This document shows positions 54,960-64,000 of a DNA stretch of 64,000 nucleotides, piece after piece; within the stretch, counting starts at the first letter, position 1; each line of letters opens with the position of its first letter. The notes below the pieces were generated by a model that was not told where the DNA came from, ran no database searches, and was given only the letters and a program-made list of their open reading frames with translations. The DNA is taken from sequence record NC_070956.1; one strand, given 5' to 3'. Made by a program: the position numbers and the translations under genes.

Positions 54960-56192
54960 TTATTTCACCTTGAAATTGATGCCATGGATCTTAAAGAAGA
55001 ACCCTTTCACCAGAGTGCAGGGATTTCCTTGGTTGACATACATGGAGTTAACCTTATGACCACCAAGTGTACCCGTCGTCTGGATCGGGTAAATCCTGTT
55101 GATCCTGAGGTCCACGTTTAAGATACGCTGCTTCATCCCGTAAGAACGCATATACGGAACAGGGAACAGCCCGTTGTCGAGCACAATAGGATGCTGGAAG
55201 CGTTCCTCGGTGTGCATCGCACTGGGGTAGAGGAAAGTAGTCAAAGGGACCAAATCCACTGCCAGTGTTGGGTTATCAATCAGCACGAGGAAGGAGTTGT
55301 GCATAGTCAGTGCTTCTTCCTTATACTGATCAAGTTTCGTCATATCCTTAAGTTCCGGAGTGACGGTGTAATTACTGAATACCTGGTGATGACGCATCGC
55401 ATCAAAACCATGAAGTCTTACTGAAAGATGATCAGAACTCACTCGGTCCAACATGTCTTGGTCAACAAGCAGTTGACCATTCACAACAATCCAAACGGTC
55501 CTGTTGTCAAGCTTGTTTGCACCGACCTTGATCTTCCAACGTCGTTCACCATTACTAGGCACGGTGGTCAACATATCCTTGGTGATCGGCAGTGTGGTGA
55601 CTTTACCGAGCTTCTCAAAGGACATAGCGCCGATACGAAGATCCTGTTTCTTCTTGATGTAGTCATTCCCGGCACCAAGGAGATAGATCCCATCTTGACG
55701 TCCGATAGACCTGTAGAAGACGCCGTTACATGTGAACAAAGCGTGATCAGATTGCTTGTTGTAATTGATCCCTGACTTGTACATGTAGTGCTTTACCAGG
55801 AGGTCAGGAGCCCCGTCCGACAAGAGGTCTGACTGTCTATCCTTTGTAAGGTTTATATCACCTGGGAAGTGGAAATAGCCGTGAGTGAACAATCGTTCCA
55901 GTTTCACGTACTCGGCTTTATCTTCCGGGATGACATTGCTGGTTTTCAAAATGGTTGTTTTCTGAAGATCCAACCACTCTTGGATGACAAGATCAGAGTT
56001 AGCGATGAAGCTAGCGTGATGGTCTTCCAGAGTGATACAAATCTTCTCTTTGTACATTTCATCATTGACGACTATGTAGAGCATGGAGAACAGTTTATCC
56101 AGGTCACCTAGCCGGTAATTAGAAATGTCCGCAAAGTGGTAACCAGGAATGTATCCCTTATACCGCCCAACCGCATATAAGTATTTGTACAT
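54960..56192 (-). CDS. Conserved putative virion protein (410 aa)
   Basis: AGGAAAG RBS; repeated 'hxhNGxh' beta motifs (TCNGVF, VVNGQL, LDNGLF). Confidence 0.6.
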   Translation of the reverse strand: MYKYLYAVGRYKGYIPGYHFADISNYRLGDLDKLFSMLYIVVNDEMYKEKICITLEDHHASFIANSDLVIQEWLDLQKTTILKTSNVIPEDKAEYVKLERLFTHGYFHFPGDINLTKDRQSDLLSDGAPDLLVKHYMYKSGINYNKQSDHALFTCNGVFYRSIGRQDGIYLLGAGNDYIKKKQDLRIGAMSFEKLGKVTTLPITKDMLTTVPSNGERRWKIKVGANKLDNRTVWIVVNGQLLVDQDMLDRVSSDHLSVRLHGFDAMRHHQVFSNYTVTPELKDMTKLDQYKEEALTMHNSFLVLIDNPTLAVDLVPLTTFLYPSAMHTEERFQHPIVLDNGLFPVPYMRSYGMKQRILNVDLRINRIYPIQTTGTLGGHKVNSMYVNQGNPCTLVKGFFFKIHGINFKVK

Positions 56193-56222
56193 ATTCTTTC
56201 CTAATTGTTTACGAGGTTCTGC

Positions 56223-56978
56223 ATGGCAAACAATTCAATTAAGGGGCTTCCGGTCTATCCCTGGAACCCTTTCAATGACATGACGATTAACGAGATCAAA
56301 GGTGAAATCGTTAACGTGCAGCCGACTCCTGGTGGCTCTATCATCATCCCACGATGTGCTCCTTTCTTTGCGAGAGGGCTCAAAGTCATACACCGTGCAT
56401 CGGGACGGGAATTGGAATTGAAGAAGGGTGAATTCTCACTTCTTTATCCTTTCGGCTCTTTTATTTCCAGGTACAGCCAACTGGTGTATAGTGGGATACT
56501 GATCAACGGTGTCACAGAGTCCACTAACTTTGAGCTTGAGTACAACACCATAGGTGGTGATTTCGTACTGGATGATGTTGCTTACGCTCAGGCTGTGGCC
56601 AACACACTCACCAGCCCACGACGCGCTGATTGGAGCGAACTTGTTAACCTTCCGCCTGCCTGGCCGGCAGATCCCCATGATCATCCCGCATCGGATACCT
56701 TTAACTACTCCGATATGATCATCGCCCTCCAAAGTTACATCGACGCTATGACTGGCGGCGGCAACCCGGAATCTATCAAGTCCTTACTGGATGATCACTT
56801 GAAAGCTGACCTCCAGGACGCTCACAAAGCCACACTGGGCGATCTCGGGATTAAGAATCTCCAAGACTGGGCCATGGCAAAACAAGAAGATATTGGCGGT
56901 AATTCAGAAGAGTTGCTCGTTAATATCAACGTGCTGAAAGCTGCGATCAGGCAACATGCCGCAGGGCAATGGCAATAA
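56223..56978 (+). CDS. Virion protein carrying the N-terminal module shared with the two tail-fibre-like genes
   Basis: GAGG RBS supports ATG 56223; IIPRCAPFF, EYNTIG, WSELVNLP. Confidence 0.65.
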   Translation: MANNSIKGLPVYPWNPFNDMTINEIKGEIVNVQPTPGGSIIIPRCAPFFARGLKVIHRASGRELELKKGEFSLLYPFGSFISRYSQLVYSGILINGVTESTNFELEYNTIGGDFVLDDVAYAQAVANTLTSPRRADWSELVNLPPAWPADPHDHPASDTFNYSDMIIALQSYIDAMTGGGNPESIKSLLDDHLKADLQDAHKATLGDLGIKNLQDWAMAKQEDIGGNSEELLVNINVLKAAIRQHAAGQWQ

Positions 56979-56989
56979 CCCTAATACAT

Positions 56990-57017
56990 AAGGAGGGGGT
57001 CTGATGACTCCCTCCTT
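56990..57017 (+). terminator. Terminator hairpin
   Basis: AAGGAGGGGGTC-TGAT-GACTCCCTCCTT followed by TTATT. Confidence 0.7.
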
Positions 57018-57037
57018 TTATTCCGCAGGAAATTAAC

Positions 57038-60000
57038 ATGAATAGAATTGATGTTCCTTTATATTCCTTGGATCTCACAGGAGAGTCTCCTTTCAATAGG
57101 GTAACCAGGGAAGAAGGTGTTCGCTCAAGTAACCAACTGGTTATACCTAATGCGGCACCTTTCTACATTGATTCCGTAACCATAACCCATATGGACGGAA
57201 CACCAATGGACCTCGGAAAGGATTATGACTTCTATGGGATCTTGGCGAATCTCACAGAGTACACGGCAAAGTCAGTCGGACTTTACATTCGTTTCCTGAA
57301 TGACGATATCAAGGAATGGATAGTTAGTTACAACACCGTAGGTAACTTCAACAAGATTACCACGGAAATTCTGAACATGCTCAAAGCGATCACGGAGGAC
57401 GATCGACCAGTACACTGGGATAACATAGACAACAAACCACTCTGGTTTGTTCCCGAGCTCCACCAGCACGATTATACGTTCCATTTCTTCGGGTTTAGTG
57501 ACCTGGCGAGAGAGCTGCTCCGTGTTCAGCAATACAGTGCCCTTTTCAATGACGGTGTTCAGACCGATCTGGACATGTTCAACATGCGCCTGGAGAGCTA
57601 CATATCCGAATACCAGGGGGTGTTGAATCGGCTTATAACACGCCACGACACCAGTAAGGCCGACCCTCACGGCGTCTGGAAGACGGACATCGGTCTTGAC
57701 AACGTGGACAACTTTAAGACCGCAACCCTCCAGGAAACCCTGGAAGGACTTCGTGACGATCTCCACATCACTGTCAATAACGCAGCACAGGCAATAGAAA
57801 TCACCAAAGTTAGTAACGAGAGACTTTTCCCTGCCGGGACGCTCCCTTTACTCCGTTATGGTAACGATAGTTTCATTCCCCCGAAAATAGACGGTTCTTT
57901 CGAGGGAATGGGTGGTTACAACTTTAGACTCGGTGTTGTACGTGAGAGTAGTGGGGAGATGGTCGCACTCCAACATCGTAATGATGGTGTGGTCCGCGGA
58001 CTTTACTTCCTGAAGTGTGATGACCCTTATGCCAAAAATCCCAACTGGTCGTATACCAGTTATCGGTACATTCACCCGACGGCTGTTGCCGACGGTGCCA
58101 ACATTGACTCTGTGATCAATGGTAGTGGGCAGTATGTGTTGGTGATTGGGGACTCGGTTAAAGGAATTTGGTACTGGTGTGAAACCAACGGGACTCTGGA
58201 CCCCTCTAAACACGTGCTCAAACGCATCTCTGGTGATTTCATCAATGTCAATCACGGGATGGGTCAATCACTCACCCTACTGGTTGATAGTGATTACGCT
58301 GACCAGTGGTTTATCATGGGGTCCATGACTAATTCCGAAGTTAAGGCAGCTAGACCTGACTATCCCACATCAGTTGAAACAGGTGGTGGTGACCGTAGTG
58401 TAGAAGCAATGAGATTCTTCTCTTGTATTGCGTCATCTACAGCCGTGAATCTCTGCACTGTGGATTTCAAGGAGCAAGATGGTAGGACCCCTAAGGACAA
58501 AATCTGGATGCCTTATACCAGAACGGTGGTTTCTCCGAACACGATTACTGGTTATGAGGCAGAGTATGAAACTCCGGCAATAACGGTGTGGAATTACCGT
58601 GGCATTCAGGGCATGTGTAAAAGAACAGCGGTTCAGAGAGAATACGCATTCCGTTTGTACAACTATATCTATCGGATAGAGAAAACTACTGGTCTGGCTT
58701 CTGGTTCACGGCCTGTCTGGAAGGGAACATTGAAACTAGACCCAGTGACCAACACCGTAAAAGTACTTCCCGGTCCCGGTGAGAAACGATATCGGATCTC
58801 CATTAAACCGAATGACGATACCGGTGTTGAAAATGATCTCTTTGTAAACTGGAAGACAAGTTCTCTAGCCACGATCACCGATGATGTTTCAAGAGGATAT
58901 GCCGAATTCGACCATAACGGTAATGCGATATACGTATCTCCCGTTGTATCCGGATCGTTACCTGGGCAAGTGACCCTTTATAAAACAGACGCCCCACTCA
59001 CTCCGGAAAGATTGATTGGTGCCAGGTCTGACTTTGACCATGTTGAAGTCAGTAAAACACCCATGCCGGAGGTTAACCCTGCTGGGTTGGCTGTTGGGCT
59101 CGCGGAACCAATGTCGATTCTCGGAGACACAAATCGCCCTGAAACAGCCATCGTTCTCGGTACTCAACTCTCTATGGAAAATGGAGAGACAAAAATAGAA
59201 TGGATTGGTCGCCCCACCCCATTTATGAACCCTGACTGGACTGGCAACACTTCGTTACTCCAACCCATTACAATCGGTGGTGTTCAGGTTAAGGGATACC
59301 CTCTGACACCGGAGACATACACGTGTTCTATGGGACCGTACAAGTTCTGGTCTCTACACGGGTTCTCCGTGATACCAGAAGTTAGTAGTTCTGTAAGAGA
59401 ACGCTGGACGAGGAGCTGCGGTGCCGATGGTATGGCGAACATCAATGGAACACCAACCTCCCAAACCGATTTCTTGTTCCCGAAGATTTGCAGGCACGAG
59501 ATTGTTGGTAGGGAAGTCAGGATTATTCCCGTTGAAGTTTACAATGTCGAGAGTATGTTGTCCGGCCAGATCAAGACTTATTTGGATGGAGAGGGGATAA
59601 ATACAGAAACCATCAAAATGACTTGGACGATGAGCCCTGTTTACAACCGGAAAGGAGAAGAGCGCGTGCTTCTCATGGTTTCCAGTCGTAAGCCAGGCGA
59701 CGGACTTCGCGATGTAGAAGCTATCATTATGGTGGGTCAATTGAAAGGTGTTGGTAATCCGATTACCAAAGATGGTTATAAATACTACGAACACTCTACA
59801 TTTGACTTCGGTGATAAGCACCACGTCGGACCTGCTTTGGCCGCACAGTCCACAGGACTCGCTCCTGGCGGTCCAATCCATGCGTGGCGAGCAGGGTTCT
59901 GTGTGGCTGATATTAACACCGGAACCACACCCGGGTCCGCCGATCAAACTTGTATTTATCTCCGGACGATACATAGGTACACTATTGTCGGGGACACGGT

Positions 60001-60664
60001 TCCCATAAACCTGCTTATTGAAATGGAGAACGATTTCTCAATAACCAGGTCGGCGGTAAAACCAACAGGTTCGTCACCTTACTCGGCCAGTATTTGTGCT
60101 TCTCCTGGGAACACCATGGGATACATATCGTCTAACGACGTCAACTTGGCTCGTGGGGCATGTGTGGTGGCGGGTGGACTCCGTTGGGGGACCAGTCGGT
60201 TTGATATCTTGGCCTCAGCCGATCCAGGTGCTGGCGTGGAGAAACGGTTGTTGATTAGTAACTTACTCGTTTCAGCATTCACTGTTTATTTCCAGGCGGC
60301 TGATAACGTTCTGTTGGGCGGTAGAGCGTATGATGTAAAAGCAACCTATATCGATATTCGGGATTTTGATAGCAACCCAGCTAACAAAACCTTCTATATT
60401 TATCTTAGGTTTGCTGGTGGTCAACCGACTTACCAGATCGAACGAGCACCTACTCCGGAAACAGCAACAAGTGCTTGCGTTGCCGTTGTAAAGACTGGTG
60501 CTACCAGAATAGAGACGGTAGTTCCCTATAATCGATTCTTGATGAACGGAGTGGAGATCAGTAGTAAACGGCGAGGAGCGGCAATACTTTCCCCGGCCGG
60601 CAGTATCTTCGATAAGGGTTCTTTAGCGCCCATCATCAGTGAATCTGATTTCTTGCCAGGGTAA
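57038..60664 (+). CDS. Tail fibre/tail-associated protein (phiKZ gp145/146-like), 1208 aa
   Basis: DPHGV...IGLDNVDNFKTAT repeat typical of phage fibres; PPKIDGSFEG; beta-rich body. Confidence 0.65.
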   Translation: MNRIDVPLYSLDLTGESPFNRVTREEGVRSSNQLVIPNAAPFYIDSVTITHMDGTPMDLGKDYDFYGILANLTEYTAKSVGLYIRFLNDDIKEWIVSYNTVGNFNKITTEILNMLKAITEDDRPVHWDNIDNKPLWFVPELHQHDYTFHFFGFSDLARELLRVQQYSALFNDGVQTDLDMFNMRLESYISEYQGVLNRLITRHDTSKADPHGVWKTDIGLDNVDNFKTATLQETLEGLRDDLHITVNNAAQAIEITKVSNERLFPAGTLPLLRYGNDSFIPPKIDGSFEGMGGYNFRLGVVRESSGEMVALQHRNDGVVRGLYFLKCDDPYAKNPNWSYTSYRYIHPTAVADGANIDSVINGSGQYVLVIGDSVKGIWYWCETNGTLDPSKHVLKRISGDFINVNHGMGQSLTLLVDSDYADQWFIMGSMTNSEVKAARPDYPTSVETGGGDRSVEAMRFFSCIASSTAVNLCTVDFKEQDGRTPKDKIWMPYTRTVVSPNTITGYEAEYETPAITVWNYRGIQGMCKRTAVQREYAFRLYNYIYRIEKTTGLASGSRPVWKGTLKLDPVTNTVKVLPGPGEKRYRISIKPNDDTGVENDLFVNWKTSSLATITDDVSRGYAEFDHNGNAIYVSPVVSGSLPGQVTLYKTDAPLTPERLIGARSDFDHVEVSKTPMPEVNPAGLAVGLAEPMSILGDTNRPETAIVLGTQLSMENGETKIEWIGRPTPFMNPDWTGNTSLLQPITIGGVQVKGYPLTPETYTCSMGPYKFWSLHGFSVIPEVSSSVRERWTRSCGADGMANINGTPTSQTDFLFPKICRHEIVGREVRIIPVEVYNVESMLSGQIKTYLDGEGINTETIKMTWTMSPVYNRKGEERVLLMVSSRKPGDGLRDVEAIIMVGQLKGVGNPITKDGYKYYEHSTFDFGDKHHVGPALAAQSTGLAPGGPIHAWRAGFCVADINTGTTPGSADQTCIYLRTIHRYTIVGDTVPINLLIEMENDFSITRSAVKPTGSSPYSASICASPGNTMGYISSNDVNLARGACVVAGGLRWGTSRFDILASADPGAGVEKRLLISNLLVSAFTVYFQAADNVLLGGRAYDVKATYIDIRDFDSNPANKTFYIYLRFAGGQPTYQIERAPTPETATSACVAVVKTGATRIETVVPYNRFLMNGVEISSKRRGAAILSPAGSIFDKGSLAPIISESDFLPG

Positions 60665-60677
60665 TAAATAACAAGAC

Positions 60678-60705
60678 GAGAGTGCGATCTTTTGATCGCA
60701 CTCTC
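60678..60705 (+). terminator. Terminator hairpin
   Basis: GAGAGTGCGATC-TTTT-GATCGCACTCTC followed by TCTTTT. Confidence 0.75.
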
Positions 60706-60736
60706 TCTTTACTCCTATTTGTTCTAAGAGGAAAAC

Positions 60737-63700
60737 ATGAAAGATATCGAGATTGTCAAAATTGACTACTCGGCGGCGGATCCGGCATACAAGGTAAAAG
60801 AGAAACATGTCATAAAAGACATTTCCGTGCCATGGCTGGTACCCGACCAAGGGCCGTATTACACAACGGGGTTGCGTTTGTACAATGCAGGAACACCCCT
60901 CACTTATGAAAAGGACTACATCTACGACACCCCGGCTAGTGAACTCACTGACCGGTTGGGTCGAGATGTTTATCACTTTATCATCCTCCGTGATCACATT
61001 GTGTCCACTGCAACAGCAATTGATATTGAATATCAAAAGGTTGGAAACCCCATGTTGGGGAGGAATCAACTGTTACAGATGCTGGACGACCTGATCATCT
61101 CCGGTAAACCTATTGACATAACAACCAGTGTCATAGGGATGCCGGAAACATTTCCTAGCGCTAAGCATTCCATGGATGTCACCAAGCCAGAGGAAGTTGT
61201 GGGGTTTGGTAACTTGATGATGTTGTTTAGTATTCTGTCAGGGCGTGTCGCCGGCAATGGCGATTACGTTAAGGAATTACTGGACAAGCTCAAAACTGAC
61301 AACTTCAAGAGACTGGACTATATCCAGAACCTGCAATGGAATGCAATTATCAACCACACCAGTCGGGTAAGAAACCCCCACGGGGTTAAAGCCGATAATG
61401 TCGAGTTGGGTAAACTGGAAAACTACAAAACAGCCACCCCGGCACAGGAGATAGAAGGGACGCGCTCTGATCTCTACTCTACTCCACATGGACTGGGAGA
61501 GATAATCCGTGAAACAGAACCAGATTCAGAAGAATTCGTTTTCCAGAACGAACTTCCCTTCAGTTATTATGGTTCTGGTCTTTATCTTCCTCCCCCAATA
61601 TCTGGGTCTTTCGAAGGTCTGGGAGCCGATATAGAAAACGGTACCTTTGTACAAGAAGGTAACGGGTGGGTGGTAGGTCTTTCACGAATGTTCGATGGTC
61701 GGTTGCGGAACCTCTATTACATTTATGATCAGGGATTGGACGATATCCCTAACGTGGGAAATTTCAGGAACAGTTATGTACAATACAGGCACCCTACCAT
61801 AGACGCAGCGGGTTGTTCAGCAACCATGACGATGTCTGGGTCCGGTGCCGATGTACTGGTGGTGGGTGACCAGGAGAAAAACCGGTACTGGATAACAGAT
61901 CCTAATTCCACTTTGGATCCTACGGCTCACGTGTTCAAGGAAATGGACCTTAGTGTCTATTCTAACCGTAAAGATTGGCAGTACTGGGTGAACGCATCCT
62001 CTAACATTTTCAAAGTTGGTGGGTACTTCTACCTGATGGTCTATAACGACGAAAATATAGAAGGCATCGACAGCACCGGATACGTGTTAGCAAATGCGGC
62101 GGGTTGGTTGTGCCGTTGTCCCGTGGCGGATCTAACCAACCCGAACAAACCGACGATGGTTTTCCAGGCTGTTAATCTTACCTACGACAACTTGCGTCGG
62201 GAAAGACGTGTCAACCAGTCTGCATTTAGCATTGATCGTTGGGAGCGCAACGCTAACGGATTTACGTCAGGTCTCGGATGCCGATTTGGATCCAATACCG
62301 TGGAACTGATGTCACACCGTCGACGAGCAATGATTTTCTGCCCCAACCCCAACAATGAAAACGTCATCGCGGTGAAAATACTCTTCATTGTTAGGACGGT
62401 AAGAAGGACGCAGTTTGGTAACGTGGCAAGACAAGTTACAATGGCAGCGGATTACACCTTTGACGCGACAACCAACACTCTGGCGCTCAGTCCCAAATGG
62501 AAATACGTGACCTTAGACGAAGCAAACGAGATTCCCACCAACCTTGATCAAGAATCCCTTAATCGCCAATGGCTGACGGCAGGTATGGTGACCGGCAATA
62601 CTGGTAGAAAGGGTATCTATACGTACGGTGGGACACGTATAAACGTTTCGTTCATACCGGGATACGGCTATATCGGGCAATATAGTGGTGCAGATGGAGG
62701 TCTACCACACGCGATCTGTAAGACCTTGGTAAACCCGTCCAGGGATCCGTCTAGGGATTGGGAGTATTTCCAGCAACCCACAACTTACATCATGCCTAAT
62801 GGAGAAAGTAACGACGGTACCAATGGTATTAGTTATGAGACACCATTCGGTTTCATGGCGTATCCGGTCTGGAACGTTGACGTTTTCAATATCAACGGCG
62901 TGAATAGTCCCACACCTGTAGAATTATTCATGGGGTTCAGCCACGATAAAGCCGAAACATTTTTCTATCGTGAATGTGAACCAGGTGACGGAACCAAGTA
63001 CCTCCAGCGACCGGAGTTGAAACTTTTGTCCGGTATCACCCCCTATTCCAGGCAAATGAATAGCCGGTACGGAATTGTCAAAGGTATGCACTCTTACATG
63101 GGAAGGGTGAACAATCCCAGATCCAGGGATAAGTACAGTGCGGAGTACGGGTGCTTCTCAGTCCATTGGAATGGAGTCCCGGCAAAGCCGCCCAGGTTCA
63201 CCATCGTTCCAGGTCGTAACGCCAACCCCAGTGCGCCTGTTTATGGTCCCGACAGAGGTATCTACATCCCTCTGATATGTGAACATGAATTAGCTAATGG
63301 GGTCATGACGGTTCGCTCTACTCCAGCTGGATCGGTTTATCTTCCCGTTTATATATGGAGTGAATGGAAAGATCGCATCACAAATGCCGAACCATGGCCG
63401 TCAATAGACATGTCTGTCGACTTTTACCTCTGTGCTAAAAAGGATGGTACACCCCTTGGTCGCAGACACTCGTATGCAGTATTCACGTACCATACGACGG
63501 ATAATCCCTTGGATATTAAACAGGTGATCTCTAAGTTCACTTGGGATACTAACGGCCAAATGCCGGATGGAACACCCATTATGAGGGTTAGTTCCGAACA
63601 GTATCCGTTCACTTCTGGCATCACAGGAAACCCTCTTAAACCCAAGAGAGACCTGGCTCCAGGAGAGACTAACATCCACATCCCTGCCGCCAGTAATGAC

Positions 63701-64000
63701 GTGACACACCAACCTAATGGTCAGTGGAGTTACATTGATCCTAGCGCGCTTTCTAGGATGTCATTGCAGGTCTTGGAATATCCCGAGTTGGGCCCTGACC
63801 AATTCACTATCTGGGGTTATTCGGGATGGAGATTATCCACTGTTTCTTATTCACGGATCTTCACGTTTAACGACACCAACGTTCCGTCGCACACAGCCAA
63901 CAACATCAAAGCTTACTCTCCATGGACTGGTGCTTATGTTGGGTATGGTGCGTTCCAAATCGCTCATCCCGATTACGACATGTGTGCTGGTCTGAACTTT
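60737..64000 (+). CDS. Second tail fibre/tail-associated paralog, truncated by the window end (at least 1088 aa)
   Basis: Not in the ORF track; AAGAGG RBS; translated by hand without a stop to 64000; NPHGV...LENYKTAT and PPPISGSFEG shared with the 57038 protein. Confidence 0.8.
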   Translation, partial: MKDIEIVKIDYSAADPAYKVKEKHVIKDISVPWLVPDQGPYYTTGLRLYNAGTPLTYEKDYIYDTPASELTDRLGRDVYHFIILRDHIVSTATAIDIEYQKVGNPMLGRNQLLQMLDDLIISGKPIDITTSVIGMPETFPSAKHSMDVTKPEEVVGFGNLMMLFSILSGRVAGNGDYVKELLDKLKTDNFKRLDYIQNLQWNAIINHTSRVRNPHGVKADNVELGKLENYKTATPAQEIEGTRSDLYSTPHGLGEIIRETEPDSEEFVFQNELPFSYYGSGLYLPPPISGSFEGLGADIENGTFVQEGNGWVVGLSRMFDGRLRNLYYIYDQGLDDIPNVGNFRNSYVQYRHPTIDAAGCSATMTMSGSGADVLVVGDQEKNRYWITDPNSTLDPTAHVFKEMDLSVYSNRKDWQYWVNASSNIFKVGGYFYLMVYNDENIEGIDSTGYVLANAAGWLCRCPVADLTNPNKPTMVFQAVNLTYDNLRRERRVNQSAFSIDRWERNANGFTSGLGCRFGSNTVELMSHRRRAMIFCPNPNNENVIAVKILFIVRTVRRTQFGNVARQVTMAADYTFDATTNTLALSPKWKYVTLDEANEIPTNLDQESLNRQWLTAGMVTGNTGRKGIYTYGGTRINVSFIPGYGYIGQYSGADGGLPHAICKTLVNPSRDPSRDWEYFQQPTTYIMPNGESNDGTNGISYETPFGFMAYPVWNVDVFNINGVNSPTPVELFMGFSHDKAETFFYRECEPGDGTKYLQRPELKLLSGITPYSRQMNSRYGIVKGMHSYMGRVNNPRSRDKYSAEYGCFSVHWNGVPAKPPRFTIVPGRNANPSAPVYGPDRGIYIPLICEHELANGVMTVRSTPAGSVYLPVYIWSEWKDRITNAEPWPSIDMSVDFYLCAKKDGTPLGRRHSYAVFTYHTTDNPLDIKQVISKFTWDTNGQMPDGTPIMRVSSEQYPFTSGITGNPLKPKRDLAPGETNIHIPAASNDVTHQPNGQWSYIDPSALSRMSLQVLEYPELGPDQFTIWGYSGWRLSTVSYSRIFTFNDTNVPSHTANNIKAYSPWTGAYVGYGAFQIAHPDYDMCAGLNF

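Noticed and set aside
1-64000. CRISPR array, tRNA, rRNA, IS element, intein or self-splicing intron
   Set aside because: No regularly spaced direct repeats, cloverleaf, transposase or splicing motifs seen; helicase and RNAP genes appear uninterrupted. Manual inspection only; tRNAscan-SE and Infernal were not run.
1-64000. Stop-codon reassignment as in some large phages
   Set aside because: Genes are full length under the standard code and tile the window; TAA, TAG and TGA all end genes.

Overview
The window is a segment of a phiKZ-like jumbo phage genome (Chimalliviridae-type). It is dense coding DNA on both strands. I found no tRNA, rRNA, CRISPR array, transposase, intein or homing endonuclease. 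It spans the virion morphogenesis region: a split virion RNA polymerase beta' piece, a family-B DNA polymerase exonuclease fragment, internal head/ejection proteins, baseplate and neck genes, a DnaB-like helicase, the major capsid protein, a non-virion RNAP beta piece, the portal, a RuvC-like resolvase, a holin-like/spanin cassette and two large tail-fibre-like paralogs (the last truncated by the window end). phiKZ gp numbers are synteny-based recollection, not database hits. Most notable observations: (1) a candidate -1 programmed frameshift at T-TTT-TTC (5626-5632) fusing a 531-aa gene to a start-less downstream frame (680-aa product; lambda G/GT-like tail chaperone logic); (2) four early-type promoters, each followed by a 5' hairpin, one driving a self-contained 43-aa small-ORF unit; (3) a recurrent G-x-E (often G-N-E) putative prohead-protease site across head proteins; (4) a head-cluster protein with an HExxH metallopeptidase motif and a membrane segment; (5) a portal with an acidic tail carrying four DLP-type repeats; (6) an internally duplicated holin-like protein; (7) related intergenic hairpins, most with a Shine-Dalgarno-like purine arm.
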